Source: Basidiobolus meristosporus CBS 931.73
Lineage: Eukaryota > Fungi > Basidiobolomycota
Direction of reading: 5' to 3'
NCBI GenBank assembly: GCA_002104905.1
Contig: MCFE01000123.1
Span: 97,574-161,573, forward strand
Length of the DNA: 64,000 nucleotides
The translations under genes were made by a program, and so were the position numbers. Below the pieces are notes generated by a model that was not told the origin of the DNA, ran no database searches, and saw nothing but the letters and a program-made list of their open reading frames with translations. Below, in pieces: positions 24,269 through 39,866 of the stretch; positions within the stretch are counted from its first letter, which is position 1, and every line of letters starts with the position of its first letter.

Positions 24269-25839
24269 ATGTTTGGTCTGTGCCGACTCACTAGACAGCT
24301 GGCCATAGGCAAACCAGTGCCTTTGACTGTCCAAAAGGCATTCTTCTCCAACACCAACGTGCTGGAGATACGTAAGGCTAGTATAAAGAAGCCCAATGTG
24401 AGCACCTTGACCAAGCATCTCAAGCCAGACGGTATGACTGGTTACCAACGCAGAGCGAAGCTACTGAGGGAGGCGGGTAAGAAGAAGAACCCCATCACGA
24501 AAAAGACCCGAGGGTTTGTGCCGGTTCGATTCAAGCTTTTGTCAGTCGAGTCCGATGTCAAGTCTCCTCCCGTGAAAGGAAAAGGAAAGAAACCCAAATC
24601 TGGCGAAGAGACTGTAAAGGACTTTGTAAAGCGCGCCAACTCAAGCCAGTTCGAGGATTTCAAGCTTAGAGAGGAGGTGTTCACTGCACTGAAGAAGGGC
24701 CCTTGGCCCATGTTGGAGAACACGTGCGCCCAACCGAGATCCAGACGCTTGCTATCCCCGAGATTTTGAAGGGACGGAGCCAAATCCTTTGTGCCGCCGA
24801 GACAGGTTCTGGCAAAACTTTGGCCTACTTGATCCCGCTCATCAACAGACTGAAGGAGCAGGAGGCAATTCACGAGAAGCAGGTAAGCACCACGGCAGTA
24901 AGAAAGCTCAACAAACCACGCGTGATTATCTTGGTGCCAAGCAGAGAGCTTGTCAATCAAGTGATCCAAGTGGGTAAGGGCATGTGCCACCACGCCAAAT
25001 TCCGGATCGCAGCCATGACAAATGCAATGACCAAGAAAAACGTCCTGCGTGCGTTCGAAAGCCCGGTGGATATCCTGGTTGCCACACCCGCAAGCTTGTT
25101 GCATTACTTCAACGATAAAGACATATCCTTCGCCGACACTTTCTCGGTAGTTATCGACGAAGCCGACAGTATGTTCGATGGTGGATTTGGGGATGAAATC
25201 AAAGACATCTTCAAGTACATCAAGAGATCACGCGAGACCCAGAACCTCAGCTCTCAATTCATCGTTGTATCGGCCACTCTTCCGAAGAAAGTCAACGAAT
25301 CCCTGGACAAAATGTTCCCAGAGCTCTTCAAGATCACCACGCCTTCACTTCACAAAGCCCTTCCCAAACTCCGGCAAAACTTCGTGGATCTAGCCAGATT
25401 CCAAGGAAACAAACAGCTGGCGATATTGGATGTATTACGCGGCAATTCCCAAGACCGCACCATGATCTTCACCAACACTAAGCATGGTGCGAAGCTGCTT
25501 CACAAGTTCCTGGACGAAAAGAACATCAAGACCTTCTTGTTGCATGGCGACACCACCGACGATGCCAGAGATGAGATGGTGAACGCTTTCAAGGACGGCT
25601 CTCAAGAGTCCAGGATCATGGTGTGCACTGACATTGCTTCTCGTGGTCTTGATGTCAGCAATGTGCACCATGTCATTCTCTATGACTTCCCTAGCTCTGT
25701 TGTAGACTATCTACACAGAGTAGGCAGAACTGCCCGTGCAGGCAGCAAGGGTAAAGCCACTAGTTTGGTGGCTCGCAAGAACCGCAATCTCGCCGATCGT
25801 ATCCAACGGTCGATTCGAGATGGAACCGTTTTAAGCTAA
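24269..25839 (+). CDS. Mitochondrial-type DEAD-box RNA helicase (Mrh4-like), frameshift near 24700
   Basis: Basic presequence-like N-terminus; AAETGSGKT, VIDEAD, SAT, TDIASRGLD, HRVGRTAR; ORFs 24269..24769 and 24703..25839 overlap in different frames without an obvious intron. Confidence 0.85.
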
Positions 25840-25998
25840 TTCCGCACTAATTCGCATAGAATCCCCCTTCATATCTCTAGAGCATCCACTGTGGCATTTC
25901 TCTTATTTTCTTTAGTCTGCATGTATACTTGAGTTGGTTACTCCACCATAATAATTAAATCGTATTCATTTTTTTTTATTACAAACGCGTTGAATGGT

Positions 25999-27406
25999 TT
26001 AGTTACCGGTTCCGGTTCCGGGCCAGAACACTCTGCATGTGTTTCGATAGACGATCTCTGCAACCTCCTGCACATCTCGGGAGTGCACACCGGCTATCAC
26101 CTCCAACACTTGCCTGTTCGATAGTAATTAGCATTTTTTGATCAGCACCAGGGTGGTAGGGGGGGGGGTTACCGTAAGGTACAGGGCTCGTTTCGGCTTT
26201 TCACCATCAAACCCAACTCGAAGCGTTCCTTCTTCTTGGATTCAAACAACAATTCCGGTTTGTCTTTGATGTATTTGTAGCTGGCATGGGTTGGTCGAAT
26301 GTCACACCAAGGGGCATCTATGTGAGTTCAAATGAGTTGTAGGTTGGGCTGTGGCCTGGAAGAAGATGGTGCGTATACCAGTCTCGATCATCATGCGCTC
26401 AATTGGAATCGATGCCACCACACTGAGATTCTCCTCGGTTTTCAATGAGCATCCATTAATCCCAATAAAAAGATCCAAGTCCAACAGCTCTTTCGCCTCG
26501 TCGCTGGTTCCGGTGAACGAATGAACCACCCCCTGGGTAAACCGACCCCGATTCTCCCTGATCATCTGTGGACTGTTGTGAAGATTAATAACCTGCGCGC
26601 AACTCCAATCATAACCACATTATATGCTAAAGGATATTGGCAAAGTCGCCATCAGTGTTTCGATTGTGAAGGAACATCGGGAGTTTGGTGGTCTCCGCCA
26701 GTTGGAATTGCTTCTCGAAATACCTATTGGATTTAGTGTTAATGTGGGTTTTCTCAAACCAAAGATTCCGTGGCAACATACTTGAGCTGGGTCTCTTTAT
26801 CGCAGAACTGTAGTCTGTCGTAATCTACACTCCTGTGAGTAATTGCTGGCTTGCCGGTCTCGAGCTCACGTTTCCTTACCTAGACCACATTCGCCAATGG
26901 CAACTACTTTGTTCTGATCATTAAGGGCAATCTTCGATAGCTCCTCATAATATACTTCGGGTGAGGCTGAAATAGAGGTATCCTCAAACTCGGAACAACG
27001 AGTAGGATGGCAGCCAACAGTCGAGTACAAATAATCTACGTAGTGAGGGGGGCTAAGTAAAAGAAGTATCTTGTCTTTGCTGAATCATAGCCAACCTCTG
27101 CTTCTGGCCAATTCAAGGGCTTCTTTGCTCTCAGATAAAGAGCCACCAGTAATCAGCATGCGCTCCACACCTGCATCGAGAGCCCTCTTCAGGACGTACT
27201 CTAAATCATCTAAGCGGGCCAGCAAAAGTGGATGTCAGCATTTTCACCGGTTTCTTGAATCCCAATGAGTACCTTCATGGACTTTTTTGCCTCGATAGTC
27301 CCCCCGGAACATAGGGTCAGTCAGGTTAAGGCCGATGTCTTGGGATGATAAGCATAAGTAATAGCGGGTACGCAGAGCAGATGGGACCCTTACCAATGAG
27401 CTTCAT
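25999..27406 (-). CDS. TatD family deoxyribonuclease (multi-exon)
   Basis: MKLI / [13 protein letters not shown] start; YSTVGCHPT; [25 protein letters not shown] motifs. Confidence 0.88.
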
Positions 27407-27648
27407 GTTGGGAGTGTACACAACTGAGGAGTACCTTTGCCTGAAAGAAATGGCCAGCTTACTCAACATGGGTGGAAAATTTCCTTGGAAACCAATAGAA
27501 TCGATCAATGAAGCGCAATCGTTGCTGAATTATTGTTGGAATGATCTAATGCTTTATAAATATATGTATAAGTGGAAACAGTGGCAAAATGCTGGATGAA
27601 TATATATATATATATAACGTGAGGAAGGGGATTGAAATTGATTAAAAA

Positions 27649-30606
27649 CTAGTAAGCAGCCTTCTCATCGTCTACAAGCACAATGTTGGGCTTCATCGTC
27701 CTTCTCTTGATAAGCTTGTAGAGCTCGGAGGCAGCCAAGAAGATGAGGACCGAAACGCCGACGACGGCCCACTCCCAAGTAAGATATTGGTGCTTGAAGA
27801 TGGAGGTGTTGACGTATGGGATGTACAAGACTGGGATCAACAAGCCACATCCAAGGAAGATTGACCAGAACAGCGGGCGGTTGGAGTAGTAGTTGCGGAT
27901 GCCGGGGGGTAGCCATTGGGGCTCACGAAGGCTGCGGCAGTTGTAAGCATGCAATAGAATCAACAGAGTGAGGCAGGAGAAAGCAGCACCACGGGCACGG
28001 AAGACCAGGTCACAGGCGTCGGAGTAGGCAGAGTTGCAATCGTGGCCCAGGTTTCCGTCACCGAAACCGAAGACCACGAGGACGAAGTTCAACAGAGAGA
28101 GGCCGCCCATCAAAGTACCGTATACGAGGATGTCGGAAATAATCTCCAAGGTGAAGATTCCGCTGGTGGGTGAACGAGGAGGCATGCGCATCGTCAAAGG
28201 ATTGTTAGGCTCCAATCCCAAGGCCATGGCTGGAGGAGAGCTGGTAACCATGTTCAGGAAGAGAATCTGAACTGGTGACATGGGATACACGGTAAGTCCA
28301 CTACTATCAGCAAAGCAAAGACCAATGACCAAGGCAATCACCTCGGACACGTTGCCGGACATCAGGTGGAGGACAAACTTCTGAATGTTGGCGAAGATTC
28401 GACGACCCTCCTCAACGGCCCTAACAATAGTGGCGAAATTATCATCGGTCAATACGATATCGGAAGCTTGTTTGGCGACGTCGGAGCCGGCCATTCCCAT
28501 GGCGATACCAACGTTGGCAATCTTAAGACTTGGTGAATCGTTTACACCGTCACCGGTCATGGCGGCGATCTTCTTTCTTCTGTGCAAAGCCTTGATCATC
28601 TTGACCTTTGTGTCGGGACTGCAACGAGCAATGACGTAAGGGAGCTCCTCCAGATCGTCTATTTCTTGGTCGGTCAAGGCATCAAACTCCATGGCGGTCA
28701 TTACTAGCTTGGGCCCTTCCTTGCTCTCCCTGTAGTTGGGTGGGATAATGGATACTTCACGGGCAATGGCGGCTGCAGTGGCTGGATGATCTCCAGTAAG
28801 CATGTGCACACGGATACCTGCACGAGCGCATTGCTCGACACTTTCCTTGGATTCAGCACGAGGAGGATCGTAGATACCGACCAGGCCGACGAACACCATG
28901 TCGCGCTCTACCTGCTCACGAGTCCAGTAATCGGGGTGGGTTTCAGATAGTTGAGGCTCAATATAGCGATACGCCAGAGAGAGCACACGAAGTCCATTGG
29001 ATGCCAGCTGCTCCACCTGGTAGCCGATCATTTGAGAGAGTTGATCCGGCTTTTCAATGGTCTCCTCTCTGTCTCCGATCTTGATACGCGAGCAGCACCC
29101 GATGACACGCTCGGTGGCGCCCTTCATATAAGCGATGTGCTTCCCGGACTTCTCCTCGGTGTACACCACACTCATTCTTTTGACCGTGGAATCGAAGGGG
29201 AACTCGGCATGAAGCGAAAACTCTGGGTGGCCGTTGTCAGTTTTCTGGGTCAGCGCGGGTCTTCCTCGACCAACCTTGGTGGCAAACACCTGAAGGGCGG
29301 TTTCGGTAGGATCGCCCACACCAATCCACTCGCCAGTGGTTTTGTCGTGCTTCAGGGTCGCCATGTTACACAAGGAAGAAACCTCGACCACTCTTCTCAA
29401 AGGAGCCCCCATATTTTCGTAGTTGACGACTTGTGTGTATGAATCGGAACTTCCGGCCATAGCTAGGTCGTTGGCGGAGATTTCTCCCAGACGGATCACC
29501 TGCCCTTCAGGAATGAAGCCAGCACCAGAGATATGGTAGTAGCCGTCTCCTGGAATGTAGGCTTTGGTCATGACCATCTTAGATTGGGTAAGAGTGCCGG
29601 TTTTGTCTGAACAGATGTTGGTGACGGATCCTAAGGCCTCGAGAGAATTCAGTTGTCGGATGATCGCCTTGTTTTTGGCCATGGATCTAACACCAGCAGC
29701 CATGGTGAGGGTAACAACGGCGATCAATCCTTCGGGGATGACAGCAATGCCCAATGAAATGGCGTAGATGGCGACCTCGGCAGTGATTCGGAATTTGTTG
29801 ACGGCGAAGACAACTACGCCCAAGAGAAGAGCAAAGATGAACAGGAGGTAGCCCATTTTGTCCATACTTTTTTGGAGTTTGGTCTTGCTATCCCCACTGC
29901 TCTCAATAAGGCTCTTGGCGATCTTTCCGATCTCACTCTGCATCCCGGTCGCAATAACAACTCCACGGCCACGGCCCTTGGTTACGGTGGTGCTGGAATA
30001 TACCAGGTTGATGCGATCACCAATAGGCTCATCAGGGTCGGTCAGGGTTTCAAGAGTCTTGGGAACTGGAAGAGATTCACCCGTAAGCAAAGCTTCGTCG
30101 ACTTCCAGATTGAACTGTTCAAATAGTCGGGCATCGGCACCAATCACATCCCCATTCTCGAATACCAGGATGTCGCCAGGGACAAGCTCGTTAGTCGAGA
30201 TGTGAGCCAGATTTCCATCGCGCATAACACGTGATGTGGGGGAAGCCATCTTCCGTAGGGAGTCCATGGTCTTCTCGGCACGGTACTCTTGGAAGAACCC
30301 GATAGTGGTGTTTGTTATAATGACCACTCCGATTACTGCTCCCTCGACCCAATCCTTAGCGGAAAAGGCAATGGCCATGGCAGCAACGAGAATAATGGTA
30401 AGAGAATTGGCAATTTGTCTGAAAAGGACCTTCCAGGGACTAACACCGCCATTCCCAGACATCTGGTTGTGGCCGTATTGCTGGAGGCGCTCTTGCACTT
30501 GCTGTGAGCTGAGACCATCCTCTAGATTGGTATCCAACTTCTGAGCGGTATCTTGGATGTCATATGTGTGATAAGGCAGCGGCGCTTCAGTAGTAGGGTT
30601 GGACAT
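27649..30606 (-). CDS. ENA1: P-type IID Na+/K+ efflux ATPase, 985 aa, intronless
   Basis: TGES, DKTGTLT phosphorylation site, TGDGVND, PEGL; TM pattern and PLSPVQIL-like segment typical of fungal ENA pumps. Confidence 0.88.
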   Translation of the reverse strand: MSNPTTEAPLPYHTYDIQDTAQKLDTNLEDGLSSQQVQERLQQYGHNQMSGNGGVSPWKVLFRQIANSLTIILVAAMAIAFSAKDWVEGAVIGVVIITNTTIGFFQEYRAEKTMDSLRKMASPTSRVMRDGNLAHISTNELVPGDILVFENGDVIGADARLFEQFNLEVDEALLTGESLPVPKTLETLTDPDEPIGDRINLVYSSTTVTKGRGRGVVIATGMQSEIGKIAKSLIESSGDSKTKLQKSMDKMGYLLFIFALLLGVVVFAVNKFRITAEVAIYAISLGIAVIPEGLIAVVTLTMAAGVRSMAKNKAIIRQLNSLEALGSVTNICSDKTGTLTQSKMVMTKAYIPGDGYYHISGAGFIPEGQVIRLGEISANDLAMAGSSDSYTQVVNYENMGAPLRRVVEVSSLCNMATLKHDKTTGEWIGVGDPTETALQVFATKVGRGRPALTQKTDNGHPEFSLHAEFPFDSTVKRMSVVYTEEKSGKHIAYMKGATERVIGCCSRIKIGDREETIEKPDQLSQMIGYQVEQLASNGLRVLSLAYRYIEPQLSETHPDYWTREQVERDMVFVGLVGIYDPPRAESKESVEQCARAGIRVHMLTGDHPATAAAIAREVSIIPPNYRESKEGPKLVMTAMEFDALTDQEIDDLEELPYVIARCSPDTKVKMIKALHRRKKIAAMTGDGVNDSPSLKIANVGIAMGMAGSDVAKQASDIVLTDDNFATIVRAVEEGRRIFANIQKFVLHLMSGNVSEVIALVIGLCFADSSGLTVYPMSPVQILFLNMVTSSPPAMALGLEPNNPLTMRMPPRSPTSGIFTLEIISDILVYGTLMGGLSLLNFVLVVFGFGDGNLGHDCNSAYSDACDLVFRARGAAFSCLTLLILLHAYNCRSLREPQWLPPGIRNYYSNRPLFWSIFLGCGLLIPVLYIPYVNTSIFKHQYLTWEWAVVGVSVLIFLAASELYKLIKRRTMKPNIVLVDDEKAAY

Positions 30607-31852
30607 ACTACTCGGAGAATATAGCTTGGATTTTTACAAGGACAAGGTATGAATTTGATAGAATATAAACTTTAAATGGGTAAGAAAGTCTTTGAAGTTT
30701 ATCTGGTGGCTAGTCAAAGCTCCAGGCAACCACTTTTATACTTGATGGCTTCTCAACGGATCCGACTCCGTATTAAAGTAATATGAATAAAAACGGTATT
30801 GATTTCCGATTTATATGGAAACTCTACTAGATTCATACACTACAAAATCAATTTAAATGTATTGGGAATGATTCAGGAAAATTACACACAACATCTCCAC
30901 TGCTGTGTCCTAGAAAATATGAACAAATTGAGTTTCCAATAGATATTATCTATCAATGTTTCGAATTCACAGTAGCTCGATTTGGAAATTCGATTCTACT
31001 GTAGAACCCTTGCAGGTGCGTGTTCTGAATCTCGTCGTTGATTGACGTAGAACTTTTCAACAAGGTCAGTTGGGAATCAATACAACAATCCTTGCCTTCG
31101 CTTGACTCAGTCTTGATTCCAGAATGGACTCTTTTTTTGTCCCCTTGATAGCCCCAAGACTTCGTTTGTGTTCAACTCGAGCTTTGACGGAAATGAATCC
31201 CGGCAATTCATTAAAGTGCACGCAGAAGAGCGAGCAGCGGCTGCCGACTTCGTCTGAGTTGCTTCTAACTCGCGTGCTTTCTTCATATTGAAACCTAATG
31301 CGTTATGTTATAAGGATAAGTTATGAGTGAGCAGTCAATACAATAATAAGGTGACACCATAATGACAAGAAAGTAAAACAAGTCTATATAAGGCAGCGAT
31401 TCAGGAAATGAGCGGAACGCCGGCTAACCCATTCAAGTATTTACCATTGTTTCATCGATCGTTGAGCTTAAATCTCTGTGTTTGATTCGAGAATTGTAGA
31501 TCCTCCAATCGACAATTCTCGGATGGATTGAAAAAGCTTAATTCCTCTGATGGCAAGCGGTAATCCTTCTCCAGCCACCCCACAAGCAGCCTTCGTACGA
31601 GAATGAAACAGAAGCTGGTCTGTCGCCTGAACCATGCGCGCTGGACCTGTCGATCTTACTAGCTGAAGTTGATCTCTTGCTTGCCGTGACAACATGGCTG
31701 CCCTTGCGACCAGTTCACGCACGACCAGTACACGCAAATCCTGAAATTCTGGGGAAACGTGCACCGATTTTGTGCTGAGATTGGAGGAGATCTCGATTGA
31801 GTAACTGAGCGTTTGGCAAGTTCCGGCCTCAGTATTGGTTCGGTCCATTCGA

Positions 31853-32006
31853 ATTTGATCGATTCAATAATGGAAAAGATTCATATTTGATCGATTCAAC
31901 AATGGATTTCAAAGAGCCCTGGCCCATTCAACAATGGAAAAGATTCGCATTTGATCGATTCAGCAATGGATTTTGGGAACCTTGGCCCATTCAACAATGG
32001 ATATAC
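31853..32006. repeat. Short imperfect tandem repeat with five TTCA(A/G)(C/T)AATGGA cores
   Basis: ATTTGATCGATTCA three times and GGCCCATTCAACAATGGA twice. Confidence 0.8.
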
Positions 32007-33400
32007 GTCAACTTCCATATATACCCGTCCGGCACACCGCAGTGACTCAAAAGTTTATCTTTCGCCAACGCAAACCTGAATTGGGCGCTCCAATCATCGC
32101 TTGTACTCCATGACACCATCAATATATAGTGAAGTTCAATAAGATGTTCATTGTAATCTCAAGTTGATGTGGCACCAGCAACAACCTCGTTTCAAAAGAA
32201 CATTCCATAGCGTCATCATAACCAGGGCTCTTATTTAATCCATTCAGTAATGGATTGGTGAAAGGTTCCGAAATCGACTGTCATTTTGTATATAAGCCTC
32301 TGGACCGAGAAACCATTGTCGAATGGATTTTGCCCCCTTGAACACAACCAAGTTATTTTAGAGGACTGTCTGTATAGTGCTGCATAATCAGCTTGTTTGA
32401 TAAACAAGCTTGGCCTTCGACTAGTTCTAGAAGCAGTCTCGTCGTCCCTTGATCCATTTGTTTGAGCATTTCTCGAAACATGCACTGCACTATTAAATCG
32501 GATGTCAATGGCCCAATATTACTATACTATTACGAGCAAAATGTGGCTTGCGGAGGCACTGCAGCTGCGATAAACCATAGAGTCAAACTGCAGTGGAGTG
32601 TCTTTGGCATAATATGTCTGCTGATACGAATCATTCGAATTTGTACATAGCTCGTTACTAATATTGTCTCTGGAGCAAACGCTACACTTCGGTTCATATG
32701 GAAATAAGGCATCCGCATCAAATCAATATATCCTGAATGGTTAGAAAGATTGACGGACCATCGTTGGCATTACAAATCACCCTATATATGGACGGTCTTT
32801 AGCTCTATTATGAGGATTTAGGAAATGTTGAACTTAGTAGGCGTCGGTACTTGCGGTATCTTCGGAAATATCTTCAGAGGGTAGCAATAGTAGCAATAGT
32901 AGCATTAGTTTGACGTTCGGAGAACTATGGCTAATAGACAATTAGATGTATTTTCGCCAATAGTATGCCACCATTTTCTCAGTCAGATAGGCTAGTTGCA
33001 GTAGCAGAGTGGACCGGGCGGCAAAATGTATGTAGCAGTGGTATCAGCAGTGGAGTGGGTGCTGGTAAATCCGAAATGAGCACCCAGCGGGAATGTTGAG
33101 GAATTGAAGGGGTTTAGTTAAATCGGCATGACCATGGTGTCGTTGAGGATATGACATGTGGAATGTGGGATTTAATTGATCATTGGGATGGAGTCTAGAA
33201 TCTTACTTAGCCAGCAAGTCCAATTTCGCTTGCCTGTTACTTTTATATACTCCTCTGTCGGTCCGTTGTTTGACAACCACATTTTTCTTTCATCTAATCT
33301 GTACATCGTTCACTCATCTTGCCTTCACCCCTGAAAAGGTGCCATTTACTTTAATACTCAACTAATATCCCTTAATTTTCTTCTCAACCTCGCGATCCAC

Positions 33401-35691
<2,291 letters not shown>

Positions 35692-35792
35692 ATGCATAGA
35701 GTGTTCATCACGTAACGTGCCTTTGGTAACAAACCCGCCTTTTATGCCCACACAAACACTTGATGTTTCAACACTCTATATTATGTGGATCT

Positions 35793-36994
35793 CTATAATT
35801 CATCATACGACAACTTGAATCCACAGGATTTACAGGTTTGGGTCATTTCTCCAGTCTCCTGGTCCTCGATAGGTTCATCATAATCATGGACGTGCTCCAC
35901 TCGTTTCTTCTCCCAGGTGCTGGTTCTAGTCCTCCTACGAAGGTCTACGACGGGTGGGGTTAGCCGAGTAGCCTTCGGGGAATGTAGGACGCTACATACC
36001 TGCCAGTTGAGCCCGGAATTTCTTGTCTTTTCGCTTTTTCTTGTCGTTTTGCCGTCTTTCAAACTCGGCGTCCAACGCCTCTTCGCCACCCCATTTTTTG
36101 AACGCAAACTCCTCGACCTCGAATATGATTAGGTTTAGAGAGGGTCCATGAACTGAGTGCTGCAGCAAGCCTACCTGCTCTCGTACAAAAAGCATCATGT
36201 CGTTCCAGGTGGATTTCCGGGGATTTGGCTTCTTCCAGCAGGGAAACAGGTCACGGTCCTTCAACTCAGCTTCAGGATAGTCCATGGATTAGAGAAAGGA
36301 TGGAGAAATTAGTGGTGATTTGAAAAAGCGAAACGTACGGTCAGTCAGTAGGTAATCCTAGATAGGGATGAGCCGGTTTAGCAAAGTTTCCCACTCTCAC
36401 ACACGAAACACGTCTTTGCTCTCGAGCCTACCTCTTTGGCTTCAGTTTTCGTGATCAAGCTGAATTTCTCCGGAAACTCCTCTTTACATTTCGAACAAAC
36501 GTGAAGGTTGAATATGGTCAGGAAAATCGGATCCAGCTCGATGGACCCACATTCCTTACATTTCGGATTCTCTTCGGGATTGATGCTAAGTGCTACATTC
36601 GAGCAAGTGTTAGTAGTTTGTCTCGGGGGCGGGTGGACAAGGTGAATGAGGAAGCACCTAGGTCGTTGATCAACTTGGGTGGTTCGTATTTTTTCTTTTT
36701 CGAACCCTCCTCCTCCGCCTCCTCGTCAACCAAAAAGCCACCCCTCGTATCCACCATGTTGGTCAGATCGTACTCATAATACGGGTTGTTCCGTTTCAAC
36801 GCTTTCTTGGGCTTTTCCGCGGTGGCCTGGGTAGACTCAGAGCTTGGGGGTAAGGGTTTATTTTCGGTGGTGGTGGGGTTCGTGGCCGATTGCTTCTCCG
36901 AGAGCTTTTTCAACGCAGCCTGTCGGTTCGCCTCGATTCGCAGCAACTGTTCTTCGCTTAAGCCTGAATTGACTTCGCTCTTTTCCTCGCTCAT
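35793..36994 (-). CDS. RAD14: Nucleotide excision repair protein Rad14/XPA (multi-exon)
   Basis: IEANRQAAL, YYEYDLTNMVDTRGGFL, KPNPRKSTWNDMMLF, KKWGGEEALDAEFERR, C-terminal HVHDY...CKSCG. Confidence 0.92.
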
Positions 36995-37419
36995 TTCTCG
37001 ACTGAGTATTGAACAGTGACAATGACCACAACCTCGATAACACTTGGATGATTTACCCCGACAATGGTCAAGAAGCTACGAAATATACCAGTAGGGGGTG
37101 GGTGCTTAGATTGCGGCAATTTTGGTTAATTTTCTGCTTATCTTATATAGGAGTTGGTCATGATTCCGGGAATTTCGCACAGCTCTGTAGAAATCGACCA
37201 AGTCCGAAATACCAGTAAATTTCTAGCAGTCCTGTTGTACGAGGCGTAACACAAGAACCATCTAGAGTGTCAAGCCCGGGAGATTGATGGGGAGGAGTGA
37301 GTGGAATGACAGCGTGAAGAGGAGGGGGAGGGGGAGAGGACGGGGCAGGAGAGGGAGCGGTGGGATGGTATTTTCGGGGAAAGAAATTCTTTGCACAGGT
37401 TAACTTCACATAAGTGGAT

Positions 37420-38894
37420 ATGACAACGAACAAAATACTTAGTGACCCAACCTCCTATATATGGTCTCAAACAGACGACCAGGTCTCGGTCACCTTTCTG
37501 GTGCCCAAGACGGCACGCTCAAGAGACATAGTCATCGAATTGCACACAGATGAGCTTCATGCTGGCTTGCGCGGTATCGAGCCTATTATCAAGGTAACTT
37601 TTGACTCAACGTTCCTGTCGTTTCCAAAAACAACTAGCTCACCGAGTGTTTCTTGCCACGTCAGGGAAAACTGTACGCTCAGATCCGAAGCAGTGATTCG
37701 GTCTGGCAGATGGAACCTGGCTTAGAGTCTAGTCTGGTTGACTCCAATACCGCCGCACGATTCCAACTCTTGACTTTGCACTTGGAAAAGTTGGTCCGTG
37801 GAGCAGAATGGCCGGTCGTGATCACCGAGACCACAGAAGGGGACGCTCAAGTGGATATAGCATCGCAATTCTACTTAGGAAAGATGTATGAAAGTGCCGA
37901 CCCAGTTAAAGCATTCAAGTACTACCTGTCAGCAGCCAGAAACGGTCACATCGCTTCTCAACTGAAATTGGCAGCAATGTACGAGATAGGGAAGGAAAAG
38001 AGCTCGCTCGTGCCAGTGGAGCGCAGTGCGGAAAAGGCGTTCTATTGGCATTTGGAGGCGGCCAAATGTGGGGACGCTGAAGCCTGTTACATTGTCGGCA
38101 CATCCTACTCAAACGGCCACGGAGTTAAGAAGTCCTATCCAGATGCGATCAAGTACTTCAAAATAGCCATGGATCTCGCACAACCATCACTCGAGGAAGC
38201 CGCCCCGGATTCACGCTCAAGCCAGGTTCGAGGCTCGTATGCTTTCTTTGTGAATTCCGCATTCCGAACCGGTTTGATGTACCTGGAAGGTGGACACGGG
38301 ATTGTTGCTGAGCCTTCCCTTGCATTGGAGTTTTGGAAACAATCGGCAAATTCTGGTCATGCTCAATCCATGTACAATACCGGTATTTTATACTTGAACG
38401 GAGTGGGTACGGCGAAGAATTTGGACAAGGCAGCCAAGTACATCCAGAATGCCATTGAGCTGGACCCAAAATTGAAAATGCCCGAAGCACTTGTGAATCA
38501 CAAGAAACTCTCCGAGGTAGACGTTCAGGAAGGGAGGAGAAAAACTCCCCAGCGCGCACAGACCACCCCAAGGTCTAGAAAGTATTCTGCCCCATCGCCG
38601 TCAAGAGAAGAACCACTCTCGGAGCCTGAAAACGGGGCATCCCAGGCTGAGCTGTCTGAAGAGGTACCACAACCAGCCAAAACTAGTAGAAAGATCAAAA
38701 AACGTAAATCACGGAAATCTTCGTCCAAACCACAACCTGCAGATGACGGTATTGCATGGCTGCTGCTGGGAACCCTAACTGCCCTCACAGTAGGGTTGGT
38801 TGTATTCTCGGCTGTCAGACGGCCAGCAACACAACATCTGCACACGGTTCCACGCTCAGTATCTCGATCAGTTGCTGGGGTTCAGGTCATTTGA
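37420..38894 (+). CDS. CS (p23/NudC-like) domain plus Sel1-like repeats and C-terminal TM helix
   Basis: YIWSQTDDQVSVTFLVP...SVWQMEP; repeats such as SQFYLGKMY, ACYIVGTSYSNGHGV, SMYNTGILYLNGVG; hydrophobic tail GIAWLLLGTLTALTVGLVVFSAV. Confidence 0.8.
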
Positions 38895-39866
38895 ACGTGT
38901 ACTGAGCAGCTCCTCCCACCAAACACCTCATCACCACATATATTCAAGCACTGTATAAATCATTTAACTCTAACTAGATATTTGTTTGATTAAATAGCGT
39001 GCTGGGAGCATTAATGTGGGTATATTACGTGCAACAAAAGGGACAAATCACAATCGAGAAGATTCCTCAAGTTTCTGGAGTTGAGTGGTTGAGCCGAAAC
39101 AATGGAATCGATTCCAGTAGTGTTCTAGGAAGTAGGGGGTGGGAACCGGCGTGGGGAGCACGAATTCTGTGACAGATACCATATTTAACTTCCGGCGACA
39201 GTCATACCCGCCTGGTAAGGAAGTTCGGGTAGAATTAGGAAGGCCAGCTACACCCCCCCCATCAACTCACTTGACCCAAAGGGTCTTTATAACATGGAAA
39301 TGTCCCAATTCTAGAATGGCAATGCCCAATGGAGGAATGAATCTCTGACCTAACCTCCGCCTATGAAATGCTCTTACCTTTTCTAACCCTGCTCGCGTCA
39401 TCCCAGGCGATGAAACCCCAACTCCATCATGTCACAAGATCAATGAGATCTGCAGCAGTGGTGGCCATATTGTCAATATTGTCGCGCTGATTGTCGACAT
39501 TGTTACGATTATTTCCCTCCCTCCAGTTCGCTCAATGGTGACCCGAGTCAAAATGGTTCGTGAGGCAGAGTGCGCCCCTGCGTCTCGTCAGATCATCATA
39601 CAGTTTCAGCGAGTGTATTCCTCACGCCACAGGGGGACAGGGTTAGGATACATTCATAGCTCCGTTTTTGACATCACACTGCACATGATGAAATCATTCG
39701 GTTTGATACAATCTCATTTGCCCACATTCAGGTCAATCTTCCGAGGAAAGCGATGTTTTTCCAGGCCACCTGATTGGGTGTATAACCTGTGATTGAGGTT
39801 GTTTTCTCGAGTTTGGGGATGAGCGAATGACTGCATAATAGGCCCCACTTGGTATAACATTTAGAG

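Noticed and set aside
24690-24720. Programmed frameshift in the DEAD-box helicase
   Set aside because: Occurs in GGGCCC homopolymer context in a conserved housekeeping gene; similar indels elsewhere point to assembly error.
27665-30544. Many antisense and overlapping ORFs over the ATPase, GH9, helicase and LINE genes
   Set aside because: Shadow ORFs arising from codon bias; no independent motifs.
30950-32720. Short minus-strand ORFs 31468..31848, 32231..32485, 32530..32721
   Set aside because: Possibly a pseudogene, but no family recognised and no clear splice model.
37270-37380. G-rich tract (possible G-quadruplex) in the RAD14 divergent promoter
   Set aside because: Irregular purine run typical of fungal promoters; no evidence of function.
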